This document shows, piece by piece, positions 1 to 8,514 of a stretch of 32,000 bases of DNA (positions are counted from its first letter, which is position 1; every line of letters begins with the position of its first letter). Position numbers and translations under genes: made by a program. The notes under the pieces are model-generated. The model had not been told where the DNA came from. It searched no databases and was given only the letters and a program-made list of their open reading frames with translations. Location of the stretch: the NCBI RefSeq assembly GCF_042466455.1, contig NZ_JAXHCI010000002.1, positions 1,470,834 to 1,502,833 of the forward strand. Reading direction: 5' to 3'. The stretch comes from Loktanella sp. R86503 (GTDB lineage Bacteria; Pseudomonadota; Alphaproteobacteria; Rhodobacterales; Rhodobacteraceae).

Positions 1-9
1 ACAAGTAAC

Positions 10-726
10 CTAAAGGCTGCGGGGTCTGCGCGGGGCCTGCATGGCCATCACGCAGATCAGGATGACAATGCCTGTGATGGCCAGCGCGGTGACGACAAAG
101 GTCGTCATCCCGTTGGCCACACAAATCCCGACCAGCGCCCAGATGACCGCCGCAATATAGCTGGATGAATCGACCCGGCGATAGGTTGCAATCGTCACGC
201 CAAGCGCCGCGATGATGCCGGCAATGGCCCAGCCGAAACTGTCAAAGCCGATGTTGTATCCCGCCAGCGTGGTCGCCAGCGACACAAAACTGGCCGCCGT
301 CAGCCATCCGGCATAAAGCCCCACCGGCCCGCGCAGCCACCACCGGTCCAGCGGCGGCGTGCGGATCAGGGCGGCAATCGCGGCGCTCGCCATGATGAAA
401 ATCGTGATCGTCGCCCAGATCACGCTGACCTGCGCGATCAGCAGCCATGGCACGCCCACCGCAAGGCTGATGCACAGCGGCAACCGGGCCGCGTCCCAGT
501 CCGCGTCGTCCTTGCGATACATCACGCCATAAATCGACGAGGCGATCAGCCAAAGGTAAATCGGCCCCCAGATCGCAAAGGCATAGCCCGCCGGTTGGAC
601 CGGCGGGTTGATCTGCGGATTGGGCAGCATGTCCGATGCAAAACCTGCAAAGTCGCCCGAAAAAAACGGGGCGACCGCGAAGGCAAGGCTCAGGGCGAGC
701 GTGAGATAAGCGAGACTATGTTTCAT
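10..726 (-). CDS. TspO/MBR-like tryptophan-rich sensory protein, integral membrane
   Basis: 238-aa ORF with about 7 hydrophobic segments; motifs NPQINPPVQPAGYAFAIWGPIY and WDAARLPL resemble the TspO/MBR-related family. Confidence 0.7.
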   Translation of the reverse strand: MKHSLAYLTLALSLAFAVAPFFSGDFAGFASDMLPNPQINPPVQPAGYAFAIWGPIYLWLIASSIYGVMYRKDDADWDAARLPLCISLAVGVPWLLIAQVSVIWATITIFIMASAAIAALIRTPPLDRWWLRGPVGLYAGWLTAASFVSLATTLAGYNIGFDSFGWAIAGIIAALGVTIATYRRVDSSSYIAAVIWALVGICVANGMTTFVVTALAITGIVILICVMAMQAPRRPRSL

Positions 727-768
727 ATGCAGCCAACGCCGCCCGCGCCCTTATTGTTCAGCGCTACG

Positions 769-2061
769 TTAGATTAAATCGCCTGTTGCCGAAATCGTGT
801 TTTTGCCACCCAGATAGGGGTGCAATGCAGCGGGCAAAACAACCGACCCGTCAGCCTGCTGACCGTTTTCCAGCACTGCGATCAATGTGCGTCCCACAGC
901 AAGGCCAGAGCCGTTCAGCGTATGCACAAATTCCGGCTTTCCGCCGTCCGCAGGCTTGAACCGCGCATTCATGCGCCGCGCCTGATAATCACCGCAGGTC
1001 GAGATAGAGGAGATTTCGCGGTAGGTATCCTGACCGGGCAGCCACACTTCCAGATCATAGGTGCGGCGCGCACCCGCGCCCATGTCCCCTGCGCAAAGCA
1101 GCATGGTGCGGTAAGGCAGGTCCAGCTTTTCCAAAATCGCCTCTGCGCATTTTGTCATGCGGGTGTGTTCGGCGTCGCTGTCATCGGGGTGGGTAATGCT
1201 GACCATTTCGACTTTTTCGAACTGGTGTTGGCGCAGCATACCGCTGGTGTCGCGGCCTGCGCTGCCTGCTTCGGAGCGAAAGCAAAGCGTATGCGCGACA
1301 TGGCGGCGGGGCAGGGTGGCGGCGTCGACGGTGTCGCCATTCACAAGGTTGGTCAGCGTTACCTCTGCCGTGGGGATCAGCCACCAGCCGTTGGTGGTCT
1401 GATAGCTGTCCTCGCCGAACTTGGGCAGCTGGCCGGTGCCATAAAGCATTTCTTCGCGCACGATGACGGGCGTGTTTGTTTCGGTCAGGGCGTGTTCATC
1501 GACATGGGTGTCGATCATGAACTGGGCCAGCGCCCGGTGAACGCGGGCCACAGCGCCGCGCAGCACGACAAAGCGCGAGCCGGACAGTTTTGCACCAGCG
1601 GCAAAATCCATGCCAGCCTGCACGGCAGGGATGTCGAAATGTTCCAGGGGCTTGAAATCGAATGTGCGCGGTGTGCCGGTGCGCTTTTGCTCGACGTTGT
1701 CCGCCTCGTCCTTGCCGGGGGGCACATCGGCGTAGGGCAGGTTAGGGAGGGCGATCAGCATATCCGCCAGCTGGGCATCCAGCTCTTTTGCACGCTCGTT
1801 CAAGGCGGCGATTTCCGCTTTCTTGTCGGCCATCAGGGTGCGCAGGCGGGCGAATTCGGCCTCGTCGCCGCTGGCCTTGGCCTTGCCCACGTCCTTGGCG
1901 GCGGCGTTGGCGGCGGCCTGCGCATCCTCTGACTGTTTGATCGCGGCGCGGCGGTCGGCATCAAGGGCCAGCAATTCGCCGGACACCGGTGTAAGGCCGC
2001 GCAAGGAAAGGGCGGCGTCAAACGCGTCTGGAGTCTCGCGGATCATGCGAATGTCATGCAT
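769..2061 (-). CDS. serS: Serine--tRNA ligase
   Basis: 430 aa from [22 protein letters not shown]; class II aaRS motifs ([69 protein letters not shown]). The ORF-track start at 2250 is upstream of the conserved N-terminus; ATG at 2061 is preferred. Confidence 0.97.
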   Translation of the reverse strand: MHDIRMIRETPDAFDAALSLRGLTPVSGELLALDADRRAAIKQSEDAQAAANAAAKDVGKAKASGDEAEFARLRTLMADKKAEIAALNERAKELDAQLADMLIALPNLPYADVPPGKDEADNVEQKRTGTPRTFDFKPLEHFDIPAVQAGMDFAAGAKLSGSRFVVLRGAVARVHRALAQFMIDTHVDEHALTETNTPVIVREEMLYGTGQLPKFGEDSYQTTNGWWLIPTAEVTLTNLVNGDTVDAATLPRRHVAHTLCFRSEAGSAGRDTSGMLRQHQFEKVEMVSITHPDDSDAEHTRMTKCAEAILEKLDLPYRTMLLCAGDMGAGARRTYDLEVWLPGQDTYREISSISTCGDYQARRMNARFKPADGGKPEFVHTLNGSGLAVGRTLIAVLENGQQADGSVVLPAALHPYLGGKNTISATGDLI

Positions 2062-2328
2062 GGGTCTGGTCCTTGTTTCCGATATGATTAGCGCGGGTAT
2101 GCACCATTGGCGCACCGCGTTGAAGGGGAGAAAGCCGCGCGCGCCTGCGCGATTGTGATGGCACGGGGCGGACATTCGCGCCGCCCGCCATTGACGGCTG
2201 GCCCGATCACCCCGATATCGCGGCAATCGTGCACGGGTTGCGGTTGCCAATCCGGCGCCCCAGACCTAATGTGCGCCGACTTTGACGCGGGGCCAGTGCC
2301 CGGCGCAGTGAACTGAAAAGGAACCGCC

Positions 2329-2610
2329 ATGCAGGGCAGCCAATCGCTTATTTTGATGATGATCATCTTCGGGATCATGTATTTCCTGTTGATCCGTCCC
2401 CAGCAGAAAAAGCTGAAAGAACATCAGGCGATGGTGAACGCGCTGCGCCGGGGCGACCGCGTCATCACGCAGGGCGGGATCATGGGCAAAGTCACCGCCG
2501 TGAACGACGCCGACAAGGAAGTCGAAGTCGAAATCGCAGCCGGCGTGAAAGTCCGCGTGATCCGCTCGACCATCGCGACTGTCCTGAACAAGACCGAACC
2601 GGCGAAGTAA
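2329..2610 (+). CDS. yajC: Preprotein translocase subunit YajC
   Basis: 93 aa; single N-terminal TM then LLIRPQQKKLKEHQAMVNALRRGDRVITQGGIMGKV; directly upstream of secDF. Confidence 0.96.
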   Translation: MQGSQSLILMMIIFGIMYFLLIRPQQKKLKEHQAMVNALRRGDRVITQGGIMGKVTAVNDADKEVEVEIAAGVKVRVIRSTIATVLNKTEPAK

Positions 2611-2644
2611 GCCGCGACACCTTTGGTCCAAGGGGCTTTGCTAC

Positions 2645-4276
2645 ATGCTGCATATTTCTGCTTATAAGCAGGTCATGATCTGGCTGACCGTCGTGGTTGG
2701 TCTGGCGCTGGCCCTGCCGAACGCTTTCTATTCGCGGGTTGAAACCCACAACGACGCCATTGCGCAGGGGCAGGACGATACGTCCTGGCCCGGCTTTTTG
2801 CCGTCGGGGCTGGTGAACCTTGGGCTTGACCTGCGCGGCGGTGCGCATCTGCTGGCCGAGGTGCAGACCGCTGACGTCTATGCCACGATCATGGATGCCA
2901 CCTGGCCAGAGGTGCGCGATGCGCTGGCGGCTGACCGGGATACGGTCGGTTTCGTCACCCGCGAAGCCAGCCGTCCGGACGAGCTGATTGTGCGGATTTC
3001 CGAACCCGCAGGGGCGGCGCGTGCGCTGGAAATCGTACGCGGGCTGGCCCGTCCGATCACATCGCTGACCGGTGTCGGGTCCACGGATATCGAAGTGACC
3101 GGCAACGGGCCGCTTTTGACCGTGCGTCTGTCAGAGGCGGAAAAGCTGGCGGTCGATGACCGCACCATGCAGCAATCGCTGGAAATCATTCGCCGCCGGA
3201 TCGACGAGGTCGGCACCCGCGAGCCGACGATCCAGTTGCAGGGCGACACCCGTATTCTGGTCGAAGTGCCCGGCGTCGGGTCCGCGCAGGAAGTCAAAGA
3301 CATCATCGGCACCACCGCGCAGCTGACCTTTCAGCCTGTGATCGGCGGTGCCGGCAGTGCCAGTGATCCGGTTGGCGCAGGTCAGGAAATCCTGCCCAGC
3401 GTGGATGCACCCGGCACCTTTTATCTGCTGGATACCGGCCCTGTTGTCAGTGGCGAGGAGCTGGTCGATGCACAGCCTGCCTTTGACCAGAACGGGCGGC
3501 CGGCCGTGAACTTCCGCTTCAACGTGTCTGGCGCGCGCAAGTTCGGCGATTACACGCTGGACCACATTGGCGAACCTTTTGCCATCGTGCTGGATAACGA
3601 AGTCATCAGCGCGCCGACGATCCAAAGCCATATTCCCGGCGGCTCTGGCATCATCACCGGCAATTTCACGGTCGAAGAATCGACCAACCTTGCCGTGCTG
3701 CTGCGGGCAGGGGCCTTGCCCGCAAAGCTGAACTTTCTGGAAGAGCGGACCATCGGCCCGCAGCTCGGGCAGGATTCGATCGATGCGGGCAAAAAGGCCG
3801 CGGTTGTCGGATCGCTTTTGGTGATTGGCTTTATGTGGATGACCTACGGGCTGTTCGGCTTTTTTGCCAACATCGCGCTGATTATCAACATGGGCCTGAT
3901 TTTTGGCGGGCTGTCGTTGCTGGGGGCCACGCTGACCCTGCCGGGTATCGCGGGTATCGTGCTGACTGTTGGCATGGCGGTTGACGCCAACGTGCTGGTG
4001 TTCGAACGCATCCGGGAAGAGCTGAAAACCTCTAGGGGGCCGGCCCGCGCAATCGAACTGGGGTATGAGCGTGCCTTGTCAGCCATCGTCGACGGAAACG
4101 TCACAACCCTGATCACGGCTTTTATCCTGTTCTATCTTGGCTCCGGTCCGGTGCGCGGTTTCGCCATCACACTGGGTTTGGGTATTCTCACCTCGATCTT
4201 TACCGCGATCTTTGTCACGCGGTCGCTGATCGTCATCTGGTTCGCCTGGCGGCGGCCGAAAACAATCGAGGTTTAA
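2645..4276 (+). CDS. secD: Protein translocase subunit SecD
   Basis: 543 aa; GLDLRGGAHLLAEV, NFTVEESTNLAVLLRAGALPAKL, GMAVDANVLVFERIREEL. Confidence 0.98.
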   Translation: MLHISAYKQVMIWLTVVVGLALALPNAFYSRVETHNDAIAQGQDDTSWPGFLPSGLVNLGLDLRGGAHLLAEVQTADVYATIMDATWPEVRDALAADRDTVGFVTREASRPDELIVRISEPAGAARALEIVRGLARPITSLTGVGSTDIEVTGNGPLLTVRLSEAEKLAVDDRTMQQSLEIIRRRIDEVGTREPTIQLQGDTRILVEVPGVGSAQEVKDIIGTTAQLTFQPVIGGAGSASDPVGAGQEILPSVDAPGTFYLLDTGPVVSGEELVDAQPAFDQNGRPAVNFRFNVSGARKFGDYTLDHIGEPFAIVLDNEVISAPTIQSHIPGGSGIITGNFTVEESTNLAVLLRAGALPAKLNFLEERTIGPQLGQDSIDAGKKAAVVGSLLVIGFMWMTYGLFGFFANIALIINMGLIFGGLSLLGATLTLPGIAGIVLTVGMAVDANVLVFERIREELKTSRGPARAIELGYERALSAIVDGNVTTLITAFILFYLGSGPVRGFAITLGLGILTSIFTAIFVTRSLIVIWFAWRRPKTIEV

Positions 4277-4280
4277 GATC

Positions 4281-5252
4281 ATGCGTTTGCGTTTGATTCC
4301 CGACGATACCAAGATCAACTTTTTCAGCTACGCCAAGCTGACCTTTGGCGGATCAATTGTGCTGCTTGTTCTGTCGGTCGTCGCCTTCTTTGCGTTCGGC
4401 CTGAACTACGGCATCGATTTCAAGGGCGGCACCACTATCCGCACCGAAAGCACGCAAAGCATTGATGTCGGTGCCTACCGCGCCGCGCTGGAACCTTTGC
4501 AGCTGGGTGATGTCGCCATCACCGAAGTGTTCGATCCCGGCTTTGGCCCCGACCGCAACGTGGCCGAAGTGCGTATTCAGGCGCAAGGCGATGCAGAAAG
4601 CGTCGCGCCCGAAACCATCGCCGCAATGGAAGCCGCAATGACGGCGGTTGATCCAAACGTCACCTTCGCCTCTGTCGAAAGCGTGGGACCCAAAGTGTCA
4701 GGAGAGTTGATCGGCTCTGCCATCCTGTCCGTTGTCGGTGCCATCGGAGCGATCGTGGTCTACATCTGGTTGCGCTTTGAATGGCAGTTTGCCATCGGTG
4801 CCATCGTCGCGCTGGTGCATGACGTCGGCCTGACCATCGGCTTGTTCGCGCTGCTGCAAATTAAGTTCGATCTGGCGATCATCGCGGCCCTGCTGACAAT
4901 CGTAGGTTATTCCATCAACGATACCGTGGTCGTGTTTGACCGGGTTCGGGAAAACCTGCGCAAGTTCAAGGTCATGCCTTTGATCGAGGTGCTGAACCTG
5001 TCCGCCAATGAAACCCTGTCACGGACCATGATGACATCGGGCACGACCCTGCTGGCGCTGATCGCGCTGCTGGTGCTGGGCGGCGATGTGATCCGGGGCT
5101 TTGTGTTCGCCATCACTTGGGGCATTATTGTCGGCACCTATTCGTCGATCTACATTGCGAAAAACATCGTGCTGATGCTGGGCGTCAAACGCGACTGGTC
5201 CAAAAAGGACCCGCGCACCGTGGGCCGTTATGCTGACGTGGAAGGCAAATAA
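4281..5252 (+). CDS. secF: Protein translocase subunit SecF
   Basis: 323 aa; GLNYGIDFKGGTTIRTES, VGYSINDTVVVFDRVREN; 4 bp downstream of secD. Confidence 0.98.
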   Translation: MRLRLIPDDTKINFFSYAKLTFGGSIVLLVLSVVAFFAFGLNYGIDFKGGTTIRTESTQSIDVGAYRAALEPLQLGDVAITEVFDPGFGPDRNVAEVRIQAQGDAESVAPETIAAMEAAMTAVDPNVTFASVESVGPKVSGELIGSAILSVVGAIGAIVVYIWLRFEWQFAIGAIVALVHDVGLTIGLFALLQIKFDLAIIAALLTIVGYSINDTVVVFDRVRENLRKFKVMPLIEVLNLSANETLSRTMMTSGTTLLALIALLVLGGDVIRGFVFAITWGIIVGTYSSIYIAKNIVLMLGVKRDWSKKDPRTVGRYADVEGK

Positions 5253-5606
5253 ATGCGTCTGACCGAGATCACTTACGACAATGCGAAACCCATCGACGGC
5301 TACGGCCCCGGTTTCTTTCGCATTGGCGGCAAGGTGATCGAGGGGGCCGTGACCGTCATGCCGTCAGGCGTGGCCAGCTGGGGTGGCTATGACGACACTG
5401 AAGCCTTGCTGGCCATGGTAGACAAGGTGGATGTAATCTTTGTTGGTACGGGGGCGGAAATCGCCCACACCCCAGCCGCCTTTCGCGAGATACTAGAGGC
5501 GGCGGGCCTTGGCGTGGAAACCATGGCCTCCCCCGCCGCCTGCCGCACCTACAACGTGTTGCTCAGCGAAGGCCGCCGCGTCGCGCTGGCACTGTTCCCG
5601 GTCTGA
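5253..5606 (+). CDS. Mth938-like/DUF498-family protein
   Basis: 117 aa beginning exactly after the secF stop; [32 protein letters not shown]...[53 protein letters not shown] is typical of the family. Confidence 0.85.
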   Translation: MRLTEITYDNAKPIDGYGPGFFRIGGKVIEGAVTVMPSGVASWGGYDDTEALLAMVDKVDVIFVGTGAEIAHTPAAFREILEAAGLGVETMASPAACRTYNVLLSEGRRVALALFPV

Positions 5607-5611
5607 CCGCC

Positions 5612-6226
5612 ATGTTGCAAGTCCGCGCCCTGCGCTGCGCGCGCGGCGGTGTGCCGGTGCTGGACGGTCTGTCCTTTGACGTTAAGGCGGGCGAGGCGCT
5701 GATCCTGCGCGGACCGAACGGCGTTGGTAAAACGACCTTGCTGCGCACGCTTGCGGGGCTGCAGCCCGCGCTGGATGGGACTGTCACCTATCTGGACGGC
5801 ACAGGTGCCTATGCCAGCCATGCCGACGGGATCAAGACGGCGCTGACTGTCGCTGAAAACCTGACTTTCTGGGCGCACGTCTATGGCCGCGATGTGCCGG
5901 ACAGCGTCTATGCCGCCTTTGATCTGGATGCGCTGCGCAACCGCGCTGCTGGCACGTTGTCGGCGGGGCAAAAGCGGCGACTTGGCCTTGCGCGTCTGGG
6001 CGTCATCGGGCGGCGTGTGTTGTTTCTGGACGAACCGACGGTCAGCCTCGACGGCTTTTCCGTGCGCATGTTCGCGGACTGGATGCGCGATGTGCATCTG
6101 GCGGGCGGCGGCTGCGCGGTCATTGCAACTCATATCGACCTTGGCCTTGATGCGCCCGCGCTGGACCTGACGCCCTATCTGGCACAGCCTGATGCGGATG
6201 GCGGCGCGGACGAGGCGTTTTTGTGA
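5612..6226 (+). CDS. ccmA: Heme ABC exporter ATP-binding protein CcmA
   Basis: 204 aa; Walker [13 protein letters not shown], signature [14 protein letters not shown], Walker [13 protein letters not shown]; followed by ccmBCDG. Confidence 0.96.
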   Translation: MLQVRALRCARGGVPVLDGLSFDVKAGEALILRGPNGVGKTTLLRTLAGLQPALDGTVTYLDGTGAYASHADGIKTALTVAENLTFWAHVYGRDVPDSVYAAFDLDALRNRAAGTLSAGQKRRLGLARLGVIGRRVLFLDEPTVSLDGFSVRMFADWMRDVHLAGGGCAVIATHIDLGLDAPALDLTPYLAQPDADGGADEAFL

Positions 6227-6879
6227 TTGCCCTGCTGCGCCGCGATCTGGCACTGGCTGTGCGGGCCGGCGGCGGCTTTGGCCTTGGCCTTGCGTTTTTC
6301 CTGATTGTCGTCGTGCTGGTGCCCTTTGGCGTCGGCCCGGACCGCAGCACCCTGGCCCTGATCGCACCCGGCATCCTTTGGGTCGCGGCGCTGCTGGCAG
6401 CGCTGCTGTCACTGGACCGGATATTCGCACTTGATTTTGAAGACGGCTCGCTGGCGCTGCTGGCCACCGCACCGCTGCCGCTGGAAGGTATCGCGCTGAT
6501 CAAGGCATTGGCGCACTGGATCACCTCTGGCCTGCCGCTGACGCTGGTCGCCCCGGCGCTGGGATTTTTCCTGAACATGGACAGCGCCGCCTATGGCTAT
6601 CTGCTGGTCAGCCTTGCCCTTGGCACGCCCGCGCTGTCGATGATCGGCAGCTTTGGCGCGGCTTTGACGGTGGGCCTGCGGCGGGGCGGGCTGTTGCTGT
6701 CATTGCTGGTGCTGCCGCTTTATGTGCCGACGTTGATCTTCGGGGCAGAGGCCGTGCGCCGCGGCGTCGATGGAACCGGCGCTGCCGCACCTTTGATGCT
6801 GATGGGGGCGATCACGCTGGGCTGCTTTGCCCTGCTGCCCTTCGCCGCTGCGGCAGTATTGCGCATCAACCTGCGGTGA
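6223..6879 (+). CDS. ccmB: Heme exporter protein CcmB
   Basis: 218 aa membrane protein overlapping the ccmA stop by 4 bp; [35 protein letters not shown]. Confidence 0.95.
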   Translation: MIALLRRDLALAVRAGGGFGLGLAFFLIVVVLVPFGVGPDRSTLALIAPGILWVAALLAALLSLDRIFALDFEDGSLALLATAPLPLEGIALIKALAHWITSGLPLTLVAPALGFFLNMDSAAYGYLLVSLALGTPALSMIGSFGAALTVGLRRGGLLLSLLVLPLYVPTLIFGAEAVRRGVDGTGAAAPLMLMGAITLGCFALLPFAAAAVLRINLR

Positions 6880-6921
6880 TCGGGGATTGAGGGGCGCAGG
6901 GCCCCGGGATAGGGATAACAC

Positions 6922-7650
6922 ATGTCGATCTGGGAATACGCCAATCCGAAACGGTTCATGGACTGGACCGCGCCCGTCATGCGCGTGGCCTTTGCCGTGG
7001 CAGCAGCCTGTCTGGTCGTCGGCCTGATCTGGGGCTTCTTTTTCACCCCGGACGAAGCGCGTCAGGGCGCGACGGTCAAGATCATCTATCTGCACGTGCC
7101 AAGCGCGTTGATGGCCATCAATGCGTGGTTCATGATGCTTGTAACATCGCTGGTCTGGCTGGTACGCCGGCACCACGTCAGCGCATTGGCCGCCCGCGCC
7201 GCTGCGCCCATCGGCATGGCCATGACCGTGATCGCGCTGATCACCGGTGCAATCTGGGGCAGCCCCATGTGGGGGACCTATTGGGCGTGGGATCCGCGCC
7301 TGACCTCCTTTTTGATCCTGTTCTTGTTCTATCTTGGTTACATCGCGCTTTGGGCCGCGATCGAAGATCCGGATACGGCGGCCGATCTGACTTCGGTGCT
7401 TTGCCTCGTCGGGTCGGTCTTTGCGATCTTGTCGCGCTATGCGGTCAATTTTTGGAACCAGGGCCTTCATCAGGGCGCGTCACTGTCGCTTGATAAAGAA
7501 GAGAACGTCGCCGACGTATTTTACCTGCCTTTGCTGGTCTGCATCGCAGGCTTTGTCGCGCTGTTTGTCGCTCTTGTCCTGCTGCGTACTCGCACTGAAA
7601 TCCGCGCCCGTCGGACAGCCGCCCTCATCGCAAGGAGCCAACGTGCCTGA
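6922..7650 (+). CDS. ccmC: Heme exporter protein CcmC
   Basis: 242 aa; tryptophan-rich WGSPMWGTYWAWDPRLTSFLILFLFYLGY and HVPSALMAINAW. Confidence 0.96.
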   Translation: MSIWEYANPKRFMDWTAPVMRVAFAVAAACLVVGLIWGFFFTPDEARQGATVKIIYLHVPSALMAINAWFMMLVTSLVWLVRRHHVSALAARAAAPIGMAMTVIALITGAIWGSPMWGTYWAWDPRLTSFLILFLFYLGYIALWAAIEDPDTAADLTSVLCLVGSVFAILSRYAVNFWNQGLHQGASLSLDKEENVADVFYLPLLVCIAGFVALFVALVLLRTRTEIRARRTAALIARSQRA

Positions 7651-7783
7651 TCTTGGAAAATACGCCCTCGAAGTGCTGACCGCTTATGCCGCCAGCATCG
7701 CCGTGCTTGCCGTACTGATCTTGGCAAGCCTGCGCCGGTCCCGCCGCGTCAAGGCCGCACTGGAGGCTGTTGAACGTGGCTAA
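7643..7783 (+). CDS. ccmD: Heme exporter protein CcmD (GTG start)
   Basis: 46-aa reading frame MPDLGKYALEVLTAYAASIAVLAVLILASLRRSRRVKAALEAVERG, overlapping the ccmC 3' end and the ccmG 5' end; one TM plus basic tail. In the ORF track it appears only inside the 7421..7783 frame. Confidence 0.9.
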   Translation: MPDLGKYALEVLTAYAASIAVLAVLILASLRRSRRVKAALEAVERG

Positions 7784-8315
7784 AGTTTCACCTCTGCTTG
7801 TCGTCCCGCCGGTCATTTTTGCCGCGCTTGCCGGATTGTTCTGGGGCGGGCTGATGCGTGAAAACGCCGGCGAACTGCCGTCGCAATTCATCGGTCAGCC
7901 TGCGCCGAACCTGCCGGACGAAGCGGTCGCAGGCACACCCCTGCTGACCGCCGACGATCTGCAGACCGGCGAGATCACGATCGTCAATTTCTGGGCCAGC
8001 TGGTGTCCGCCTTGCCGCGCCGAGCATCCGACATTGCAAGCGCTGTCCGATCAGGGATACCGCGTCGCAGGCGTCAATTTCCGCGATCAGGCAGATGATG
8101 CCGCCGGCTATCTGGCAGAGGAAGGCAACCCGTTCTTCGCGACAGGCTTCGACCTGCGCGGCCGCGTTGCCATCGACTGGGGCGTGACCGCGCCGCCGGA
8201 AACCTTCATCGTCGGTCCCGATGGTACGGTGCTTAGCCGCTTTATCGGGCCGCTCGTCGGCTCCGATTATGAACAGCGATTTCTTCCGATGCTTGAAGCC
8301 GCAACCACCAATTAG
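7776..8315 (+). CDS. ccmG: Thiol:disulfide interchange protein CcmG/DsbE
   Basis: Thioredoxin-like with FWASWCPPCRAEHPTL and WGVTAPPETFIVGPDG; GTG at 7776 overlaps the ccmD stop (alternative TTG at 7770). Confidence 0.95.
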   Translation: MAKVSPLLVVPPVIFAALAGLFWGGLMRENAGELPSQFIGQPAPNLPDEAVAGTPLLTADDLQTGEITIVNFWASWCPPCRAEHPTLQALSDQGYRVAGVNFRDQADDAAGYLAEEGNPFFATGFDLRGRVAIDWGVTAPPETFIVGPDGTVLSRFIGPLVGSDYEQRFLPMLEAATTN

Positions 8316-8324
8316 CGGCGTCCC

Positions 8325-8455
8325 CTTCTTCTGGTCAAAAATATCCCGGGGTGCGGGGCAGCGCCCCGCCAGCCGAATTTTCGACGAAAATTCGGCATTT
8401 GCCATTGCGTCGCAATGGCAAGGCCTCCGGCGGGGATATTTTTAACCAGAAGAAG
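8325..8455. repeat. Nested inverted-repeat element: 23-bp outer arms (8325-8347 / 8433-8455, 1 mismatch) enclosing three hairpins
   Basis: Outer CTTCTTCTGGTCAAAAATATCCC pairs with GGGATATTTTTAACCAGAAGAAG. Inner: GCGGGGC/GCCCCGC (8353-8359/8363-8369), GCCGAATTTTCG/CGAAAATTCGGC (8372-8383/8385-8396), TGCCATTGCG/CGCAATGGCA (8400-8409/8411-8420). Confidence 0.9.
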
Positions 8456-8467
8456 ACTGGACATGAA

Positions 8468-8495
8468 AAAGGCCGCGCTGAGAGGCGCGGCCTTT
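8468..8495 (-). terminator. Rho-independent terminator downstream of acnA
   Basis: 11-bp perfect stem AAAGGCCGCGC ... GCGCGGCCTTT followed on the - strand by a T-run. Confidence 0.85.
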
Positions 8496-8514
8496 GGTCG
8501 TTTAAATTGGTGCC

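Noticed and set aside
820-1932. 370-aa + strand ORF antisense to serS
   Set aside because: Entirely inside serS with no independent support; codon-bias shadow.
5549-6472. 307-aa - strand ORF antisense to ccmA/ccmB
   Set aside because: Arg/Gln/Ala-rich shadow ORF; ccmA and ccmB are clear on the + strand in canonical order.
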